Of a DNA stretch of 64,000 nt, positions 12,114 to 23,491 are shown piece after piece. The stretch lies in contig JBGARZ010000002.1 of NCBI GenBank assembly GCA_044229975.1, forward strand, positions 128,001 to 192,000, read 5' to 3'. This stretch comes from Polyangiales bacterium (lineage in GTDB: Bacteria; Myxococcota_A; Polyangia; Polyangiales; Ga0077539). The notes under the pieces were generated by a model. The model was not told the DNA's origin, made no database searches, and saw only the letters and a list, made by a program, of their open reading frames with translations. Within the stretch, counting starts at the first letter, position 1; the number at the start of each line of letters is the position of its first letter. Position numbers and translations under genes: made by a program.

Positions 12114-12990
12114 GGTCGCCCCCTCCCGCGAGGCGCAGCGCGTGGGCCACCCTCGCCGCCTGGGCCATCACGGCGACGTCGTGCACGCGCACCATCTCCG
12201 CCCCCTGGAGCACCGCGAGCGCGACGGATGCGGCCGTCCCTCCGACGCGCTCGGCCGCGGCGGCGGAGTCCTGCGCCCACCCCGGCGGGTGTGCCTCGTC
12301 GGAGACGAGGAAGCTCTTGCGAGATGGTCCCACGCAGAGAGGGTAGGTCAGCGATCGCAGCGCCGCGAGGTTTGCCAGGAGCGCCAACGAATGGGCGCCC
12401 GTCTTGGCGAAGCCGAGTCCCGGATCGAGCACCACGCGATGGGCCGCGACGCCCGCCGCGATGAGACGCTCGGCCGTCTGGGCGAGCTCGGCGCGCACGT
12501 CGGACACCACGTCACCGTAGCGGGCGAGTGAGCGCATGGTCGCAGGCGTCCCACGGGCGTGCATCGCGAGATACACGGCACCGTATTCCGCCGCGACCAC
12601 CCCGAGCGCCTCGGGGGCCTCGCCGGTGCCGACGTCGTTGAGGAGGGACGCACCCGCGGCGAGGGCCGAGCGCGCGACGGCGGCCTTGGTGGTGTCGATG
12701 GAGATGGGCGTCGGGAAGCGAGCTGTCAGCGCGTCGATGACGGGCACGACGCGCCCGAGCTCCTCCGCCTCGGAGACCACGGCGGCTCCGGGGCGGGTGC
12801 TCTCCCCGCCGACGTCGATGGCGTCTGCGCCTTCGGCAATCATCGCGGCGGCGCGGTCGACCGCGGCGTCGACCCGGACGAAGCGACCGCCGTCCGAGAA
12901 CGAGTCGGGCGTGACGTTGAGCACGCCCAGGACATAGGGTCGGGACCAATCCCAGGTGACGGTTCGGAGCTGGAGGGGGAGGCGCGGCAT
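12103..12990 (-). CDS. folP: Dihydropteroate synthase
   Basis: GVLNVTPDSFSDGG, GGESTRPG, DPGLGFAK, SRKSF, RVHDV. Confidence 0.95.
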   Translation of the reverse strand: MPRLPLQLRTVTWDWSRPYVLGVLNVTPDSFSDGGRFVRVDAAVDRAAAMIAEGADAIDVGGESTRPGAAVVSEAEELGRVVPVIDALTARFPTPISIDTTKAAVARSALAAGASLLNDVGTGEAPEALGVVAAEYGAVYLAMHARGTPATMRSLARYGDVVSDVRAELAQTAERLIAAGVAAHRVVLDPGLGFAKTGAHSLALLANLAALRSLTYPLCVGPSRKSFLVSDEAHPPGWAQDSAAAAERVGGTAASVALAVLQGAEMVRVHDVAVMAQAARVAHALRLAGGGDRAL

Positions 12991-13034
12991 ACAGAACTCG
13001 GTAAGCCGCGAGGGCGAGCGCGAACGGACGCCGA

Positions 13035-14981
<1,947 letters not shown>

Positions 14982-15067
14982 CTCTTCGAGAGTTTGCGCA
15001 GGTTACCTCGCAACCGTGCCAGCGCTAACCCCTCGCGCAGGATTTTTGCAGATTGGGGAGATCGGTC

Positions 15068-16063
15068 TCAGCCCCGTGCGACGCGTCGCCGGAGCAGCAC
15101 CCGACCCGAACGCCGGTCGAGCGTCACCGTCGCGCCGTGCAGCACCAGAGCCTCGGCGCGAGAGAGGTCGCGCGGGGTGAGCGCCGCGTGGGCGAGCGCG
15201 CGGGCGTCGTGCCGGAGGTGCACCGCATCGGCCGACGGGCACACCGCCCTCACCGCGGCCCGCGCGACCCATGGCCCGCGCAGCCCGCGGAGCGCCTCCA
15301 CGTCGAGCTCCAATGCCTCACCCACCGCGCCGCCTCGCACCAACGCTTCGGCGTCGTGCGCGAGCATCCGCTGCACCCGACGCGACTCCCGCCCGAGCTT
15401 CGCGAGCGCCGCCGACGAGCCGGGCGCGACGGCCCTCAACCGCGGCAGGATCATCGTCTCCAGCGCCGGGAGCAGCCGGTCGCGCGAGGGCTTCTGGTCG
15501 GGCGGGGGCAGCGGCACCTCGACGCCCAGCAGCGACGCGAGCGACGCGGCCTCGGAGCCCTCCAGGGTCAACAGCGGACGCACCACGCCTCCGCGCAGCT
15601 TCGGCGCGAGACCGCGGATGGAGGTCATGCCGCGCCCACGCAGCAGTTCGAGCAGCACCCGCGACGCGTCGTCGTCCCGCGTCGGCGCGAGGGCAATGCG
15701 GGTGTGCCCCTGGTCGGTCGCGAGCCGTCGCAGCTCGTCGATCACGCGCACCCGCCCGGCCGTCGCCGACGGTCGCACGCCGTGGAAGGTCAGCCCGAGC
15801 TGCCGCGCAAGGCGACCGAGGTCGGCCACCTGCTCGGCGTCGTCGGACTCCTCGTCGAGCCGACACTCCACCGCGGCGACCGCAACGTCCGCGAGGCCCA
15901 GCGCAGCTCGCGCGTGGATGAGAAGGCCCAGGAGACCGAGGCTCGACGCGTCGGCGCCGAGACCTACCAGTACGCGGTCGCCCGGCTGAAAGAGCCGCTG
16001 GCGCTGCGCGAACGCGACGGCCCTGCGCAGCACCTGCTCGACCCCCGAGGCGTGCTGACTCAC
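15068..16063 (-). CDS. TilS (tRNA-Ile lysidine synthetase)-like protein with degenerate catalytic motifs
   Basis: TilS scaffold (PGDRVLV, LLRGRG, VVRPLL) and canonical position upstream of ftsH, but the PP-loop SGGxDS reads GLGADASS. Confidence 0.75.
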   Translation of the reverse strand: MSQHASGVEQVLRRAVAFAQRQRLFQPGDRVLVGLGADASSLGLLGLLIHARAALGLADVAVAAVECRLDEESDDAEQVADLGRLARQLGLTFHGVRPSATAGRVRVIDELRRLATDQGHTRIALAPTRDDDASRVLLELLRGRGMTSIRGLAPKLRGGVVRPLLTLEGSEAASLASLLGVEVPLPPPDQKPSRDRLLPALETMILPRLRAVAPGSSAALAKLGRESRRVQRMLAHDAEALVRGGAVGEALELDVEALRGLRGPWVARAAVRAVCPSADAVHLRHDARALAHAALTPRDLSRAEALVLHGATVTLDRRSGRVLLRRRVARG

Positions 16064-16260
16064 AGGAGCTCGAACTCCTTGCAGAAGGTTCCGTCGCGCG
16101 ACCCTTCGCCCTCGAAGGCCGCGCGTCGGTGCATCGCGTTGGGGTAGCCGTTGGCGCAGCGCCCGCCCTCCGCCACGAAGAACACGCAGTCCTCGCAGGC
16201 GTGCCTCAGCACGAAGCGCTCACGCTCGGCGATGAACTCCCGATCGACGACGCTACGCAC
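16060..16260 (-). CDS. Small 4-Cys hypothetical protein (CxxC-x9-C...C)
   Basis: 66 aa ORF overlapping both neighbours; ACEDC, RC, FCKEF. Confidence 0.65.
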   Translation of the reverse strand: MRSVVDREFIAERERFVLRHACEDCVFFVAEGGRCANGYPNAMHRRAAFEGEGSRDGTFCKEFELL

Positions 16261-17503
16261 GCCCCGCTCCCTTCGTGGCCACGAGCGTCGCGACGACCTC
16301 CACCAGCGGCGTCTGTGGAAACATCTCGAAGGCCGCCAGGCGCTGCAACGTGTACTTCGCCGAGAGCGCCTGGAGGTCGCGACCGAGGTGCTCCGGGTCG
16401 CACGAGACGTAGACCACGCGCCGCACCGGTGCGCTCACCAGCACCGCGCACGCCTCGCGCGCGCCCGTCCGCGGCGGGTCGAGCACCACCACGTCGGCCT
16501 TCCACGGCCGCGTCCGCACCTCCACGGCCTCCTCGTGAACGCTGACGTTCGTGATGCCGCGGTTGGTCAGGTTGACGCGCAGCGCCTCCGTCGCGTCGCG
16601 GTCGGACTCCACCGCCGTCACCTTCGCGGCGCTCTTCGCGAGGCACACCGTGAGGTTGCCCGCGCCCGCGTACAGCTCGACCACCGAGCGACCCGCGGCC
16701 TGGGCTTCGCTGTCGACGTACGCCGCGAGCGTCGGGTTGAGCGAGCCGTTGGCCTGACCAAATCCCCCGATGCCCGCGCGCAACGGCAGTCCGTCGCCGC
16801 CCACCTGCACCGGGCACGGGTCTCCCTCGATGGCAGGCGCGCTCACACCCGGTGTCCACAGTGCGACCCCGGCGAAGCCCCGGGTCAACAACTGGCGACC
16901 GACCGCGTAGCCCCGCTCGTCGAGCGGTCGCTGCGGTCGCAGGCTCGCCACCGGCCGACCGCCTTCGCCGAGCGCGATGGCCGCCTCGCCGCGACCGCCC
17001 AGCGCCGCGATCGCCTCGCGCAACGCGGGCAACGCCGCCTCCAACGCGGGCACGAGCACCGGGCACGACGGGAGGTCGACGATGGTGCTGGAGCGACGTT
17101 CGAGGAAGCCCAGGAGCACGCGCGGACCCGACAGGGTCCAGTGCAGTCGGGCGCGGGTGCGGTAGCCGTACGGGGCGTCGCTCGCGACGTACGTGACGGG
17201 CGTCGTGCGGAGTGCGGGGGGGAGCGCGCGCTGGAGGCGTTCGAGGCGGGCGGCCTGCTGGGCCGACGGCGAAGCGTGCTGCCAGGTGCAGCCGCCGCAG
17301 CGACCGAACACCGCGCACGGCGCCTCGACGCGCGCGTCGGACGACTCTTCGCGGGCCACGGTCGCCCAGCCGTTGCCCTCGCGGCGGACGCGCCAGCGCT
17401 CACCGGGGAGCGTGTCTTCGAGGCGCACGACGGTGCCGTTGAGGCGGGCGATGCCCTCCCCCGACGCGGCGAGGGACTCGATGGTGACGACGGACTCCTT
17501 CAC
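16253..17503 (-). CDS. rlmD: 23S rRNA m5U methyltransferase RlmD/TrmA family
   Basis: TRAM-like N-terminus, CAVFGRCGGC Fe-S motif, GYRTRARL, ELYAGAG, LDPPRTG, YVSCDP, EMFPQT; GTG start overlapping upstream stop. Confidence 0.88.
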   Translation of the reverse strand: MKESVVTIESLAASGEGIARLNGTVVRLEDTLPGERWRVRREGNGWATVAREESSDARVEAPCAVFGRCGGCTWQHASPSAQQAARLERLQRALPPALRTTPVTYVASDAPYGYRTRARLHWTLSGPRVLLGFLERRSSTIVDLPSCPVLVPALEAALPALREAIAALGGRGEAAIALGEGGRPVASLRPQRPLDERGYAVGRQLLTRGFAGVALWTPGVSAPAIEGDPCPVQVGGDGLPLRAGIGGFGQANGSLNPTLAAYVDSEAQAAGRSVVELYAGAGNLTVCLAKSAAKVTAVESDRDATEALRVNLTNRGITNVSVHEEAVEVRTRPWKADVVVLDPPRTGAREACAVLVSAPVRRVVYVSCDPEHLGRDLQALSAKYTLQRLAAFEMFPQTPLVEVVATLVATKGAGRA

Positions 17504-18138
17504 TGGAACCGCTGCGCCGGCCGACCGCGCACGAAGTAGAAGCGGAACCACCCCTCCAGCTCGCCGACGCTGTCCGAGAGCACCCGCGGCTCGCGTGCGG
17601 CGGGGCCGGTCGGGGCGCGCGAGGGGTCGGTGTCGCGCACCTCGCGGGGGTCGCGCAGCGAGATCGAGAACTGGGTCACCTCGGTGAGGCGCTGCGTCGC
17701 GTCGGCGTTGGGGTCGCCGCGATAGATGGAGCTGAACACCACGTAGCCGTGCGTCGCTTCGAGGGCGACGGTGGGCGAGTAGGCGGTGAGCTCGCGGCGT
17801 CCGCACGTGTAGTTGGGGCGGAAGACCGCCTGCACCGGCGCGACACCGGGGAGGCCCACCGGGATGCGCTCGTTGAGGTGCGCCGCGACGTAGGCCGTGT
17901 CGTTGACGCGCCACACGAACTCGTCGCTGAACTCCGCGGTCTCGCCGCCCTGCGCCACGCGGATGATGAGCGTGCCGTCGTGGAAGTCGCCGCCGAAGAA
18001 CACCGGCTTCAGGTCGAACAGCTCCGTCGACACCCCGCACACCTCGAGGTGCAACGGTCCGCGAACATCACCGCTCCCCTCGCCCACGCTGCACCCCGCG
18101 AGGAGCACCAGACCCAGTCCTCGCCAACGACCGCTCAC
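17500..18138 (-). CDS. Hypothetical lipoprotein
   Basis: Lipobox LLAGC after a hydrophobic signal; coupled overlaps with both neighbours. Confidence 0.75.
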   Translation of the reverse strand: MSGRWRGLGLVLLAGCSVGEGSGDVRGPLHLEVCGVSTELFDLKPVFFGGDFHDGTLIIRVAQGGETAEFSDEFVWRVNDTAYVAAHLNERIPVGLPGVAPVQAVFRPNYTCGRRELTAYSPTVALEATHGYVVFSSIYRGDPNADATQRLTEVTQFSISLRDPREVRDTDPSRAPTGPAAREPRVLSDSVGELEGWFRFYFVRGRPAQRFQ

Positions 18139-19196
18139 GATGGAAGCTCCGTGATCCAGGCGCCACCGACGACGCGATCGCCCGCATAGAGCACCGCCGC
18201 CTGCCCGGGCGCAACCCCTCGCTGCGGCTCCGCGAATCGCAGCGTCGCCCGGCCCTCACCGAGGTCTTCCACCGTCGCCTCGACGCCCGTGTGCCGGTAA
18301 CGGATGCGCGCCCGCACCTGCGTCGGCCGGGTGTCGCTCAACCAGCGGAAACCCTCCAGGGCCGCGACGCTCGTGCGCGTCTCTTCGTCGTCGCCCACGA
18401 CGACGGCCGCCCGCTCGGGGACGATCTTCAGCACGTAGCGCGGGCTCCCGGCGGCGCCGATGCCCCGGCGCTGTCCCGGCGTGAAGGCGTGCACCCCGTC
18501 GTGCTGCCCCACCACCTCGCCGCGGAGTGTCTCGATGGGACCGGGGCGCGCCGCTCCGCCGCCGTGACGCTCGACGAAGCCTGCATACGGTTGACCTTCG
18601 AGGAAGCAAAGGTCGACCGAGTCCGGCTTCTGCGCGTTGGGCAGCCCCGCCTCCGCGGCGAGCGCCCTCACCGCGGGCTTCTCCAGCCCGCCGAGCGGGA
18701 GGTGCAGCCGTCGCAGCGCCTCGACCGGCGAAGCCCAGAGAAAGTACGACTGGTCCTTGCTGGCGTCGGCGGCGGCGCGGAGGTCGACGCCGTCACCATC
18801 GAGCGAGACCCGCGCGTAGTGCCCGGTGGCGATGGCGTCGGCCCCGAGGCGCGTGGCGATGTCCCACAACGGCCCGAGCTTCACCGACTCGTTGCAGCGC
18901 ACGCAGGGGCTCGGTGTGCGCCCTGCGGCATAGTCCTCGACGAAGCGGTCGACGACCTTCTCGCGAAACAGCGAGCGGCGGTCGAAGGTGTAGTGCGCCA
19001 CGCCGAGCAGCTCGCAGACCCGCGCGGCGTCGTACTGATCTTCAGGCGAGCAGCACCGACCGGCGTGCCCCTCGCGGACGTAGTCCCACAGGTGCAGGGT
19101 GACGCCGATGACCTCCCAGCCCTCGCGGTGCAGCACCGCCGCGGCCGCGGACGAGTCCACCCCGCCGCTCATTCCCACCACGATTCGCCGCGCCAC
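18135..19196 (-). CDS. mnmA: tRNA 2-thiouridine(34) synthase MnmA
   Basis: GMSGGVDS PP-loop, GRTPSPCVRCN, ATGHYAR, KDQSYFL, DSVDLCF, PGQAAVLY. Confidence 0.95.
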   Translation of the reverse strand: MARRIVVGMSGGVDSSAAAAVLHREGWEVIGVTLHLWDYVREGHAGRCCSPEDQYDAARVCELLGVAHYTFDRRSLFREKVVDRFVEDYAAGRTPSPCVRCNESVKLGPLWDIATRLGADAIATGHYARVSLDGDGVDLRAAADASKDQSYFLWASPVEALRRLHLPLGGLEKPAVRALAAEAGLPNAQKPDSVDLCFLEGQPYAGFVERHGGGAARPGPIETLRGEVVGQHDGVHAFTPGQRRGIGAAGSPRYVLKIVPERAAVVVGDDEETRTSVAALEGFRWLSDTRPTQVRARIRYRHTGVEATVEDLGEGRATLRFAEPQRGVAPGQAAVLYAGDRVVGGAWITELPS

Positions 19197-19210
19197 GAGT
19201 GCAGGTCCTC

Positions 19211-19426
19211 TCAGAACCCCAGGAAGGTCTGCGCGGCACCGTCGACCAGCGCGGACCACTGGCCGATGGTGAACACCGTCGCCACGACGACCAGCACCAT
19301 GCAGCCGTCGATGGCGAACACGGCCCAGCCCGGGGCGCAGGCGTCACACGGAGCAGGCGCGCGGGCGGGCGAGCGGTAGGGGCTCACCGCCACGGGCGCG
19401 CAGGTCGATGGGGTTGAATCGATCAT
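19211..19426 (-). CDS. Small hypothetical membrane protein
   Basis: 71 aa with SPYR motif and hydrophobic C-terminal helix; fills the gap between the epimerase and mnmA. Confidence 0.45.
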   Translation of the reverse strand: MIDSTPSTCAPVAVSPYRSPARAPAPCDACAPGWAVFAIDGCMVLVVVATVFTIGQWSALVDGAAQTFLGF

Positions 19427-19475
19427 GCCCGCCGATGATGCCGCACCACGGCGCCCGGCGCGAGCACGAGCGTCA

Positions 19476-20408
19476 TCAGGCCGACGCGAGGCACGCGCGC
19501 AGGCCCTCTTCGAGCGAGACCTTCGGCGCAAATCCGAGGCCCTCCACGATGCGGCCGATGGAGGCGAGGCTGTGCCGGATGTCTCCCGCGCGCTCGGGGG
19601 CGTGCACGATCTTCGACCGGCTCCCGGTCACGGTCACGATGGACCGCGCGAGGTCGTTGATGGTGATGCGCCCGCCCTGGGCGACGTTGAAGACCTCTCC
19701 CTTGCCCGCGCGATCGGAGGTCGCCGCGAGCACGTTGGCGGCCACCACGTCGCCCACGAAGACGAAGTCGCGGGTCTGCTCGCCGTCGCCGAAGATGCTG
19801 ATGTCCACCCCGCGCTGGGCGCGCTCGATGAAGATCGGAACGGCCGCCGCGTAGGCGCCCTTCGGGTCCTGCCGCGGGCCGAAGACGTTGAAGTACCGCA
19901 GGCTGACGGTGGGCACGCCGTGGGCCTCGGCATACATCTTCAGGTAAAATTCCCCGTCCAGCTTGGTGATGCCGTAGGGGGACTTCGGGGCCGGGGTCAT
20001 GTCCTCGGTCTTCGGGCTGCGCGGGTCGTCGCCGTACACCGCCGCGCTGCTGGAGAACACCACGCGCGACACGCCCGCGGCCTTCGCCGCGTCGAGGACG
20101 TTGAGCGTCCCGTGGATGTTGATGTCCACGCACTCCAGCGGTCGCTCCATGGACTCGGGGACGCTCACCTGCGCCGCGAGGTGGTGCACCACCGAGCAAC
20201 CGTCCATCGCCCGCTTCACCGTCGCGGCATCGGTGATGCTGCCCTCGATGAACGTGAGCCCGCCGTCGTCGGGGATGCGCGCGACGTTGTCCCGCTTGCC
20301 CGTCCGCAGGCTGTCGAGCACCACCACGTGCGCCCCGCGCCGACGCCACTCCGTCGCCACGTGATGCCCGATGAACCCCGCCCCTCCGGTGACCAGAACC
20401 TTCTTCAT
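19476..20408 (-). CDS. NAD-dependent epimerase/dehydratase (UDP-sugar 4-epimerase-like SDR)
   Basis: TGGAGFIG, SSSAAVYG, YGITK (YxxxK), LRYFNVFGPRQDP. Confidence 0.92.
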   Translation of the reverse strand: MKKVLVTGGAGFIGHHVATEWRRRGAHVVVLDSLRTGKRDNVARIPDDGGLTFIEGSITDAATVKRAMDGCSVVHHLAAQVSVPESMERPLECVDINIHGTLNVLDAAKAAGVSRVVFSSSAAVYGDDPRSPKTEDMTPAPKSPYGITKLDGEFYLKMYAEAHGVPTVSLRYFNVFGPRQDPKGAYAAAVPIFIERAQRGVDISIFGDGEQTRDFVFVGDVVAANVLAATSDRAGKGEVFNVAQGGRITINDLARSIVTVTGSRSKIVHAPERAGDIRHSLASIGRIVEGLGFAPKVSLEEGLRACLASA

Positions 20409-20487
20409 GCCGCGCATTCCGCCCTCCGTCGCGCGCCGGGTCAAGGCTTCCGCGCGGGAAGTCACCGCGACCGGTAGAGTTCGCGCC

Positions 20488-21221
20488 ATGAACGGCTCGA
20501 CCCTGGTCATCGGCGCCGGCACCAACCTCGGCGGGCGCTGGTCCATCCTCCGCGCCGCGCGTGACCTCGTCGCCTCGCGCTTCGGCACCTCCGACCTCCG
20601 CGTCGCGCCCGTGTGGGAGACCGCGCCGCTCGGTCCACCGCAGCCCGACTACCTCAACACCGCGTTTGCGCTCCCCTTCGATCGCACCCTCGGCGAAGCG
20701 CTGGAGATCTGCCGCTCCATCGAGCGCGACCTCGGCCGCGAACGCCGCGATCGCTGGGGGCCGCGCACCCTCGACCTCGACCTGCTCTGGCACGCCTCGC
20801 AGCGATCGAACACCGACACCCTCACCGTCCCGCACCCCGGGCTGCGACAGCGCACCTTCGCGCTCGACCCGCTGTTGGCGCTCGTCCCCGACGCGGTCGA
20901 TCCGACGGAAGGCGCGCCGCTCGCGGATGTGCGAGCGCGGCTCCCCGCTTCGATGCCGGGAAGCGATCTCGCGAAGGGGCCCGCGACACGCGATTTCGCC
21001 GATGAGCTCGCCTTCGCGGCCGAAGCCGGGATCGCCGAGGGCGTCCTGCGAGGCCGACCAGGAACGTTCGAGCTGTTGGTGGAAGGGCCGACCGATCCCG
21101 CTCACTTTGCCAGGGCGGTGCGGGCACACCTGCGCGGTCGCCCGGTGGCTCTTGTACGGGTCGCGGTGCTGGAGCACACGCCCGAGCGCACCCGCGCCGT
21201 GCTGACACTCGTCACGCGGCG

Positions 21222-21225
<4 letters not shown>
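20488..21225 (+). CDS. folK: HPPK (FolK) with ~90 aa C-terminal extension
   Basis: IGAGTNLG, PQPDYLN, RWGPRTLDLDLL, VPHP motifs. Confidence 0.9.
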
Positions 21226-22187
<962 letters not shown>

Positions 22188-22189
22188 CG

Positions 22190-22849
22190 ATGCCCGTCTT
22201 CGTGGCCGTGGTCGGCGTCGGCGGTCTCGGCTGCCCCGCGGCGCTCGCGCTCGCCGAGGCGGGCGTCGCGCTGCGGCTCATCGACGAGGACACCGTCGAC
22301 CGCTCCAACCTCCATCGCCAGGTGCTCTTCACGGAGGCCGATGTCGGTCGACGGAAGGTCGATGCGGCGCGCGATGCGCTCGCGAAGATGGCGCCCGGGA
22401 TGGTGGTGGAGACGCGCCCCGAGCACCTCGCGCCGGAGAGCGCGGAGTCCCTGCTGCGCGGCGCGGCGGTGATCGTCGAGGGGAGCGACAACCTCCCGAC
22501 GAAGTTTTTGACGGCGGACGTGGCGCGGGCGTTGGGGGCGCCGGTGGTGCACGGCGCGTGCGTCGGCTGGGGCGGCACGGTGCTGCCCGTGAAGTGGGGC
22601 GACGGCGCCTGCTACCGCTGCGTCTTCGAGGACGTGCCCGACGAGGAGGCGACGACCTGCGCCATCGCCGGGGTCTACGGGCCGATCACCTCCGTCATCG
22701 GCGCGATGATGGCGCGCGACGCCTTGAGGCTGCTGCACGGTGACCGCAGCACCGTCGGCAGCCTTGCGCGATACGACGGCTGGAACCAGACGTTCCGCTC
22801 GTCGTGCTTCGCGCGGCGCGGCGATTGTCCGCTGTGCGGTCGCGGCTGA
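22190..22849 (+). CDS. ThiF/MoeB/HesA family E1-like adenylyltransferase lacking the N-terminal Arg-finger segment
   Basis: GVGGLG, DTVDRSNLHRQ, SDN, CYRC and CPLC Zn sites, TTCAIAGV; begins directly at the first beta strand. Confidence 0.9.
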   Translation: MPVFVAVVGVGGLGCPAALALAEAGVALRLIDEDTVDRSNLHRQVLFTEADVGRRKVDAARDALAKMAPGMVVETRPEHLAPESAESLLRGAAVIVEGSDNLPTKFLTADVARALGAPVVHGACVGWGGTVLPVKWGDGACYRCVFEDVPDEEATTCAIAGVYGPITSVIGAMMARDALRLLHGDRSTVGSLARYDGWNQTFRSSCFARRGDCPLCGRG

Positions 22850-22873
22850 GGTTCCAGTGGACCCAGCGACGGT

Positions 22874-22887
22874 TTCAGTTTACTGAA
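22874..22887. promoter_or_regulatory. AT-rich palindrome TTCAGT-TT-ACTGAA upstream of the sulfur-carrier gene
   Basis: 6-bp inverted repeat in an intergenic AT-rich patch; AGGAGG RBS at 22908-22913. Confidence 0.35.
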
Positions 22888-22919
22888 TGCGCGAACAATC
22901 GCTCCCAAGGAGGCTCTCG

Positions 22920-23192
22920 ATGGCGATCACGGTGCGGGTTCCGACGCAGCTTCGGACCCTGACGGCGGGCAAGGAAGAGGTCAGTGGCACGGGCGCGACG
23001 GTGGGCGAGCTCATCGACCAGCTCGAAGGCGCGCACCCCGGCCTCAAGGATCGGCTGCTCGATGCCAAGGGCATCCGCCGCTTCGTGAACCTCTACCTCA
23101 ACGAAGAGGACGTCCGCTTCCTCGAAGGGCTCGCCACTCCGCTGAAGGACAACGACACCCTCACCATCGTCCCGGCGATCGCGGGCGGATGA
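22920..23192 (+). CDS. MoaD/ThiS/CysO family ubiquitin-like sulfur carrier
   Basis: VRVPTQLR, RRFVNLYLNEEDVRFL, C-terminal PAIAGG; strong RBS. Confidence 0.92.
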   Translation: MAITVRVPTQLRTLTAGKEEVSGTGATVGELIDQLEGAHPGLKDRLLDAKGIRRFVNLYLNEEDVRFLEGLATPLKDNDTLTIVPAIAGG

Positions 23193-23491
23193 GCGACCGG
23201 CCGCTCGACCACGCGCGCTACGGGCGGCAGATCGCGCTGCCCGAACTCGGCGTGGCAGGTCAGCGGTCGCTGGCAGAGGTCGCGGTGCGCTTCCATCCCG
23301 ACAATCCCCTCGCGCGAGAGGCGCACGAGCGTGCTGGTGGCACCGTCTCGGACTATGCCTCCGTCGTCATCGAGCTGCCGGTGGGCGGACGGGGTGTTGC
23401 CGCGTGGGCGAGCGTCGAGGCGGCGCGTCGGGTGCTGGGTCAGCCTGCGAAGGCGCTGCCGCCAGGGCTGGCGGCGCGGTTGGGTGAGTGA
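23189..23491 (+). CDS. Minimal ThiF/MoeB-like protein (N-terminal RYxRQ segment plus remnant helices)
   Basis: ARYGRQIALPELGVAGQRSL matches the MoeB/ThiF N-terminus; no GxGxxG; 4-nt overlaps with both neighbours. Confidence 0.75.
   Translation: MSDRPLDHARYGRQIALPELGVAGQRSLAEVAVRFHPDNPLAREAHERAGGTVSDYASVVIELPVGGRGVAAWASVEAARRVLGQPAKALPPGLAARLGE

Noticed and set aside
15025..15045. Sigma54 promoter upstream of ftsH (TGGCAC on minus strand)
   Set aside because: The GC dinucleotide is not at the required GG-N10-GC spacing
15068..16063. Calling the TilS-like gene a pseudogene
   Set aside because: No frameshift or internal stop, and the start is coupled to the upstream gene; better treated as a pseudoenzyme
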